From Macrostomum lignano (taxonomy: Eukaryota), in the NCBI GenBank assembly GCA_002269645.1, contig NIVC01004586.1:1-41312 (forward strand): a stretch of DNA of 41,312 bases, in the 5' to 3' direction. The notes beneath the pieces are model-generated. The model ran no database searches. It was not told the DNA's origin and saw only the letters and a program-made list of their open reading frames with translations. Of the stretch, positions 34,476-41,312 are shown in pieces (within the stretch, counting starts at the first letter, position 1; each line of letters begins with the position of its first letter). The position numbers and the translations under genes are program-made.

Positions 34476-34644
34476 GGTTGTAGGCTAGTGATTCGAGCGT
34501 CGGACTCACGACTGTAAGGTCGGAGGTTCGATTCCCGATCCACTCGGAACAATTTTGTGCCATTGAGCGAGACACTCAATTCTGCATTGCTTCAGTTCAC
34601 CCAGCTGTAAAATGGGTGCCAGCATTAGCTGGGGTAATTGAGGG
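34476..34644 (+). mobile_element. tRNA-derived SINE with CORE-like domain (copy 2), in the WSC-PAN intron
   Basis: B box GGTTCGATTCC at 34525-34535. TTCAGTTCACCCAGCTGTAAAATGGG resembles the MIR CORE (CTCAGTTTCCTCATCTGTAAAATGGG). A homologous copy lies at 9430-9607. Confidence 0.82.
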
Positions 34645-34770
34645 TAATGTATTAATATTGCAAAGAGGTTGGTTTTGGATGCATCTACATGCAGCTGAGG
34701 GCTTAAGCCTGTGGTCCATGGTTAGAGACGCACAGAAGTCGTTCAACACAATGCCCCCCCCGTATTGCAG

Positions 34771-35015
34771 ATGAGAACTTGTTTGTCCTTGGAAACCGAA
34801 CCTTGGTCAGCATCGACAGACCAAATGCGTCAGAATTCTCCACCCTCAGCGCCCCTAATCGAAGCGAGTGCGTGTTCATGTGCGTCCTCCAAGGCGCCGC
34901 CTGTCAGGCGGTGATCTTCAGCCAGCAGCAGGGCCAGTGCCACCTGCTGGAGTATGCCGTAGTCCCGCTCGCTCTCAGCAGTGCCAGCAGCGGCGATTTC
35001 TTTGTCCGTGGCTGA
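34771..35015 (+). CDS. Secreted WSC-PAN protein, exon 2 (PAN/Apple-like domain)
   Basis: Acceptor ccgtattgcag|AT, phase 1 compatible. SECVFMCVLQGAACQAVIFSQQQGQCHLL fits the PAN Cys pattern; stop at 35015. The joined CDS is 224 aa and intact. Confidence 0.85.
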
Positions 35016-35174
35016 TCGAGACAAACATATCTGAAATTTAGAAAAACTTGAATGTGCTTGTATCCGTCTATCTCAGGGGTCGGTAAACCTTTTATATCTC
35101 GTGGGCCAAAATAGGGAATCTAATGCAGCATGAGTGCGGGTCAGAAGAGGGAAGAGAGGAAAGGTTGAGGGGAA

Positions 35175-35410
35175 GAGCAGAGGAGAGCAGAGGAGAGGAG
35201 AGGAGAGGAGAGCAGATGAGAGGAGAGGAGAGCAGATGAGAGGAGAGGAGAGGAGAGGAGAGGAGAGGAGAGGAGAGGAGAGGAGAGGAGAGGAGAGGAG
35301 AGGAGAGGAGAGGAGAGGAGAGGAGAGGAGAGGAGAGGAGAGCAGAGGAGAGGAAAGGAGAGGAGACGAGAGCAGAGCAGAGGAGAGGAGAGGAGGGGAG
35401 AGGAGAGGAG
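35175..35410. repeat. (GGAGA)n pentanucleotide microsatellite
   Basis: Direct. Confidence 0.96.
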
Positions 35411-35892
35411 ATTTAAGAGAAGATAGGAGATTAGAGAGAGAGCGCTGAGAAGAATCACAAACCTTGAGCAAGCCAGTTTGCAACTCGCATGATGAAATTT
35501 CAAATTTTAGCGGGCCGGAGTTTGCCGACCCCTGTATCTGCCTACCTTTACTTACGACGTATTGAGATTACTTTATTCGGACAAATTAAATATACGCTAG
35601 CAAAGAAAGAGCAGTACTGTGAAATCGCACTTGACGATGTCTGCACTCGGCTGTCTTCCTCGTGCATGTAATTGTTCTTTAAAATGGAAATATGACAAAC
35701 TACTAAAAATCATACACGCTTTGTGAAATGTTATAACTCAAGCTACATGTACAAGCGGTTCAGTTTATTTTACTGATAAATTATATACCTCTGACCCTTC
35801 AGCACTGTATAAATTAACAAGTGAGACTATACCAATTCCTATATTATTTTGACACTCCTGATGGAGTAAAACTCCATTTGCCACTCCTCTAG

Positions 35893-37230
35893 ATGGGTTG
35901 TCACTCCTCCCGATGGGTTGTCACTCCTCCCGATGGGTTGTCACTCCTCCCGATGGGTTGTCACTCCTCCCGATGGGTTGTCACTCCTCCCGATGGGTTG
36001 TCACTCCTCCCGATGGGTTGTCTCTCCTCCCGATGGGTTGTCACTCCTCCCGATGGGTTGTCACTCCTCCCGATGGGTTGTCACTCCTCCCGATGGGTTG
36101 TCACTCCTCCCGATGGGTTGTCACTCCTCCCGATGGGTTGTCACTCCTCCCGATGGGTTGTCACTCCTCCCGATGGGTTGTCACTCCTCCCGATGGGTTG
36201 TCACTCCTCCCGATGGGTTGTCACTCCTCCCGATGGGTTGTCACTCCTCCCGATGGGTTGTCACTCCTCCCGATGGGTTGTCACTCCTCCCGATGGGTTA
36301 TCGCTCCTCCCGATGGGTTATCGTTCCTCCCGATGGGTTGTCACTCCTCCCGATGGGTTGTCACTCCTCCCGATGGGTTGTCACTCCTCCCGATGGGTTG
36401 TCACTCCTCCCGATGGGTTGTCACTCCTCCCGATGGGTTGTCACTCCTCCCGATGGGTTATCGCTCCTCCCGATGGGTTATCGTTCCTCCCGATGGGTTG
36501 TCACTCTTCCCGATGGGTTGTCTCTCCTCCCGATGGGTTGTCACTCCTCCCGATGGGTTGTCTCTCCTCCCGATGGGTTGTCACTCCTCCCGATGGGTTG
36601 TCACTCCTCCCGATGGGTTATCGCTCCTCCCGATGGGTTGTCACTCCTCCCGATGGGTTGTCACTCCTCCCGATGGGTTATCGCTCCTCCCGATGGGTTA
36701 TCGTTCCTCCCGATGGGTTGTCACTCTTCCCGATGGGTTGTCACTCCTCCCGATGGGTTATCGCTCCTCCCGATGGGTTATCGCTCCTCCCGATGGGTTA
36801 TCGTTCCTCCCGATGGGTTATCGCTCCTCCCGATGGGTTATCGCTCCTCCCAATGGGTTATCGCTCCTCCCGATGGGTTATCGCTCCTCCCGATGGGTTA
36901 TCGCTCCTCCCGATGGGTTATCGTTCCTCCCGATGGGTTATCGTTCCTCCTGATGGGTTGTCACTCCTCCCGATGGGTTATCGCTCCTCCCGATGGGTTA
37001 TCATTCCTCCCGATGGGTTGTCACTCCTCCCGATGGGTTGTCACTCCTACCGATGGGTTATCGTTCCTCCCGGTGGTTTATCGCTCCTCCCGGTGGGTTA
37101 TCGCTCCTCCGGTGGGTTATCGCTCCTCCCGGTGGGTTATCGCTCCTCCCGGTGGGTTATCGCTCCTCCCGGTGGTTTATCGCTCCTCCCGATGGGCTAT
37201 CGCTCCTTTCGATGGGTTTTTACTCCTCCT
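35893..37230. repeat. 20-bp minisatellite (GATGGGTTGTCACTCCTCCC, changing to GATGGGTTATCGCTCCTCCC), about 67 copies
   Basis: Direct. ORFs 35893-37428 are repeat translations. Confidence 0.97.
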
Positions 37231-37649
37231 GATGGGTTGCCACTTCTTAAATCGGGTAGTTGCACTTTTTTGTCATATGGTAAATCCTTAAGATTAAGCA
37301 ATACGGCTACAAATGCTATCAAACTTCATCGTTCGTACAGAAAAAAATGGACCAATCCATTGAGTTGGCGCGTGTGTATTTTGCTTCCTGCTGCTGTTAT
37401 GAACAGGAAAAATGACATTCTGCAGTGAATGCAGCTGAGCAAAATAGAAAAATGAAAAAACTCAGCAACTTCATTTCGAAAATTTTTACAAGGAAGAAAA
37501 AATCGGATTGAAAAAATGTCTCGACACTTCAGGTTTCTGACAGTTAAATGAGCGTCGTCTGTGTGTGTTTTACATCGCCAACAAATTGCGCTGCGGCTGT
37601 ACAGTTTGGTGAAAAATGTGTACATGGTAGATGGCAGCGTCAGTCATCA

Positions 37650-38081
37650 TCAGCAGTAGTCGCCGCAGCGGCTGTAGCCGCAGCTGTACCTGTCGTGGCA
37701 TAGTTGCGCAATCTGTTGATCGTCTCGCTGATCCATCAGCTCGCAGCAGCGTCGTTTCCATTCGCGCGCCTGCTCCCGCCATCTGATGGCTTCCGCTTTC
37801 CACTGGCGCACCAGTTCGCGCGTTCTCAGCGCCTCTGTGCGCCAGCCGATTAGGGCGCCTCTCGCTTTTGCTAATTCGGCCTGCACTATGCCGGTCTGTT
37901 GGCGCCAATGGTTGGCGCTGCGAGTCATGTCGCAGAGCTGCTTCTGCAGGCGCAGGGCCTCGGAGCGCCACTTTTCGCGGCTTCGCTTCCAACGGTGGAT
38001 GCAGTCTTTCCAGTTCACGCTGACCAGATCCTGTTGCTGCTGCTGCTGTTGCCAGTCAGCGCTGCAAGCGTTATTGAACAT
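37650..38081 (-). CDS. Trp-heptad coiled-coil protein of unknown family
   Basis: ATG at 38081, non-repetitive DNA, poly-Q. Nine Trp at positions 10, 24, 31, 38, 59, 80, 94, 101 and 108, all 3 mod 7. A pyrimidine tract and AG lie just upstream. Confidence 0.72.
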   Translation of the reverse strand: MFNNACSADWQQQQQQQDLVSVNWKDCIHRWKRSREKWRSEALRLQKQLCDMTRSANHWRQQTGIVQAELAKARGALIGWRTEALRTRELVRQWKAEAIRWREQAREWKRRCCELMDQRDDQQIAQLCHDRYSCGYSRCGDYC

Positions 38082-38761
38082 TTCCGGCGAAGGCTTAAGG
38101 CGGGCTGCTCCTTGTGCAAAAAAAACTGAGTCAAATTGCCGAATTCACTTCTAGATGGCTGCTTTCTCTTTTAGTGGCTACACAGACTCAAGCAGCCGTA
38201 ACCATAGGCCTATATTTGTGCGCCTACTTTTGACCATAGACAAAATAAACAGTGAGGCTCGGTAGACCATAAAACATTATATAGTATTTTTGTTGAGTAC
38301 TTTTTTTGAAAAGTTCAAGTTCAAACCATAGACAATGAATGCAATAAAGATATATTTATGCATCTATCCACTACTTCACAATATGAAAATTTGCGACAGC
38401 AGTTTTGCCGAAATTACACTATACAGCTGTTAGTAGCTTTAAACCGGGGGAAATATCAGAGTTAGAGGTTAGGTAGAGACTTTGTGGATTTGTATAAAAG
38501 TAGAAAGCAGGAAAAGTTACGTACATTGAGCTATGTACATTCATCTCGTGCTCATCAAATATGACTTGCAAATTTTTATCATGTGCGTACGCGTTTTTTT
38601 TAGAGGCAGGGGGGTTGTGTGCACCCTGGCGCACTTTAAGCGACATAGGCACACAACCGGCGAGAGGCATTACTGCCCATTCCGCCGACTCCCCTGAGCA
38701 GGCATACAAGCGCGCGGATACGTACGCAGGCACACACTCACACAGGAGTGTACAGCGGCCC

Positions 38762-38953
38762 TAACTTTATATTATCGTTAGGCATGTACACTTCAATGCG
38801 CCTTGGGGGGTTGGCTCTCAAGGCCGTTAATTGCACGAGCAGAGCCAAGCCGAGATTCCAATTCAGCCCCAAATTAATGTGACTGCACTTGGAATCGAGC
38901 CTGGGTCGCTGGCACACCAGAGCAGCTGCGCTACCGCTGGGCTACGGCCCCCC
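38762..38953 (-). mobile_element. tRNA-headed SINE-like element of a different family from the CORE-like copies
   Basis: The minus strand begins GGGGGCCGTAGCCCAGCGGTAGCGC; A box at 38944-38934, B box GGCTCGATTCC at 38901-38891. No tRNA 3' acceptor strand; ends in an AT-rich tail. Confidence 0.65.
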
Positions 38954-39929
38954 TGCGTACGCGTTTATTTTAGTGTACATCTCACAGCCAAACCGCCCGT
39001 TTTATTGTCATATGCTCATAATTCAATCATTAATCATTAATTACAACCATTAATTAACCATAATCATTAATCAAGTTTTAATTTTTTTCAGCACAAAAAT
39101 TGTTATTGCTTTTGATAGGAGACAGATCCAGTGTTCATCTTTTGATATGTTGTGCCTTTCTTATTGCTCTATCGATATTTATAAAGCTTTGTGTTCAGAA
39201 ATAGTTTTAAAGGCAGGTTTCACCGGAAAAATACACTACGGAGATAGGAATTTCACGATTTTCAACACTAAAACAGTGATAGGGTCTCTTAACAGTGTCA
39301 GAGAAAGTCCTAATCACACTATTTTGTGCCTCACATGCTGCTCTAACGACGCATTAATCGCGATTTTTCATGGTAAAATGAAAGGTTTGTGCTTTGATTC
39401 ATGCAATTGATGGGTTTCGACCTTCGGGCTCCTTGTTAGGGAAGCCTTCGGGCCTCAGGCTCAGAAATAAATCAATTAGAGACCTGGCCCCCCACTCCTG
39501 TCAGATGGTCAGCCCCATGGTAGCTTGATCGTGTGGCGAGCAGTCTAGGTCCTATAGCTAAGAGAGGGACAGCGAGAGACGAGCAGGGAGAATTTTGAAA
39601 GTAGAAATTAGCTAATCCGCAGATCAACTAACTTGCTGCCACCAGCCCGTGCTCACCACACCGGGACTCTCGAAATCGGGCTTCCGACTAGAAGGGGCTT
39701 TGCACTTACCTGCCAACTAGTGTCTTTTTGCTGTCAATCTCGAAGTCATAGCCGATGATAAGGGACACTGCTGGGACTAGATCGCGTTGGCCATGCAGGT
39801 ACAGAGGGGACTTGTGCAGGGGATTCTTGCGGTGGCGAGTCTATGGGGTAGCTACATGTACTATTACATTGCTAAATACGAAGATATGTACTTTTGGCCT
39901 TCAACGCGCCAACTAGCCTCTCATAGCGC

Positions 39930-40095
39930 TGATGATAGACTAACTCGAACTTCAGAGACCGCATGATTCATTTACCCGAGCCGCTTGGCTACCCTAGAGT
40001 GCACAAAGTACATCTCTGGCGCCGATTCTGCACTTTTGGCAGTTTTGCTCACTGATTTGTTAGATTGGTCGACTGAGAACTGCCTTGCCATTGGT
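39930..40095 (+). mobile_element. Possible highly decayed LINE RT fragment
   Basis: FIY..CTKY..LLTDLLDWSTENCLAI loosely resembles LQxDLDxLxxWSxxNxLxLN downstream of YADD. YADD itself is absent. Confidence 0.3.
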
Positions 40096-40683
40096 CCACT
40101 GTGACCGGCGCCTACTAGCTTAGCTACTCATCTGAGCCATCGACGAACAAAGAAATAAAGCCGACAAAGATAACTGTTAGATTTAACCTTCTCCTTAGTT
40201 CACTTCACACTTTAGATTGAATTGGAGTCTTAGACTACTAGCAGTATTATTGAATGATTCCTGCCTCAGCAACAGCACTACTGAACAAAATGAGCAAAAG
40301 TGTGCGCCTAATTCAGCTACTGCGACAGGGGACAGAAAAGGGATCACCCAATCAAGCAAGTCTAGGTAGCCTCTCACCCAACCAATCAGAAACTCAACAG
40401 CCGGAGACCAGGTATTCCACAGTGGCCGAATCGGCTCGATGCTCTGCAGCTGTAGACTCGGGATGATGCTGTCACAATCTTCGCTGTTAGCTAGCAGGTG
40501 ATGCTCTTAACTGGATGTTCGCTGCTGTCGACCGGGGGACTCGTCCTTGATGATGATGGGGGAAGTTGCAATCCGGGGATCAAGAAACGACGGTCGTGCT
40601 CCGGGAACCAGAAGTTGCGCGCTGGGCCCGAGCCAAAGTAAGAAGAAGGGGTTGTTGTTGCGTCCGAGCGGGCCAAAAACTCC

Positions 40684-40816
40684 GGTTTAAATAGCCGCCA
40701 ACTGGACCGCAGTTTGTTATAACGGAACACGTCGATTCTGATTGGCTGAGCCGTTTTGTTAAAATGAGCGCCGAATTTTCTGATTGGCTAAGCTCGTTGC
40801 TACCCAGAATCACGTG
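40684..40816 (-). promoter_or_regulatory. Candidate Pol II promoter: E-box, two CCAAT boxes and a TATA-like box
   Basis: CACGTG at 40811-40816; CTGATTGGCT (AGCCAATCAG on minus) at about 40739 and 40780; TATTTAAA on minus at 40691-40684. A CpG-rich stretch lies downstream on the minus strand. Confidence 0.5.
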
Positions 40817-41312
40817 ACCGAGAGATCCTATCAGTTCCCACAGGTCGTAAAAAGATGACAGGTGCGGCCATAAATCACTCAAAATCGCAACAAAATGATT
40901 TATGACTTTTCGCGTAGGATTGACAGAAATTAATGAAAAAATATACATTAGAAAGCTCTTATTAAATAGAAAGTGAAGATAATGAAGAGAAATTGCTAAT
41001 CGCTAATCCAAGGTACTTTTAGGGGTAAAACGCATAGCTGTCAAAGCTGTCACACGCTTGAGTGAATCCGAACAATAGGCTCTGACCTCATAAATCTTGA
41101 TGGCCTGTCAAAATGATGAGAAAAAAGCTACGCCCGCATCCTCTCAGACCATCTGGCGCCCGCTTCAACACTGAGTGAGGCGCAGGTGGCTGTCAGATCA
41201 GCTTCGAAAGCGATGATTTATGACCAAAAAGCTGCGCCTATGTTATTATGACTACTAGTATGGCCAGACATTATATCTAGTATAGATTCTATGAAATTCG
41301 CAGAAAAAGGAT

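Noticed and set aside
34476-34545. tRNA gene (also 38890-38953)
   Set aside because: A/B boxes are present but no complete cloverleaf or acceptor stem; both continue into SINE bodies.
35073-37428. LLSSP, GEERR and MGCHSSRWVVTPPDGLSLLP repeat ORFs
   Set aside because: Translations of (GGAGA)n and the 20-bp array.
39410-39475. Hammerhead-like GAGCCCGAAGGTCGAAAC on the minus strand
   Set aside because: No CUGANGA box upstream and a mismatch in stem II.
41113-41250. Short coding-like stretch at the window end
   Set aside because: All frames are interrupted by stops and there is no recognisable motif.

Overview
Eukaryotic (animal) genomic DNA with GT-AG introns and many minisatellites. The repeat landscape and WSC-protein style suggest a flatworm such as Macrostomum, but this is inference only. 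Genes reconstructed by hand: (1) NT5DC1-type HAD 5'-nucleotidase (minus, 2 exons, 2716-1221). (2) Head-to-head with it, a 4-exon signal peptide-PA-TM-RING-H2 E3 ligase of the ZNRF3/RNF43/PLR-1 family (plus, 4223-12151), whose PA, TM and RING segments are missed by the ORF track. (3) A minus-strand gene of at least 4 exons (24458 to about 16160) whose spliced N-terminus resembles a highly diverged NRF1/EWG DNA-binding domain. (4) An intact secreted WSC-PAN protein (33683-35015). (5) A 143-aa coiled-coil ORF with all nine Trp in one heptad position (38081-37650). Mobile DNA: a very young 5'-truncated Penelope-like element (536-bp inverted repeat, GIY-YIG ORF, two minimal hammerhead motifs, extra tail, candidate TSD), two copies of a tRNA/CORE-like SINE, a second SINE, a MITE, a foldback element and decayed LINE fragments. 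About a dozen tandem arrays explain most long ORFs in the track. Four of the five genes carry apparent single-base frameshifts and no nonsense substitutions, most simply explained by long-read indel errors. No CRISPR, rRNA or true tRNA gene was seen.
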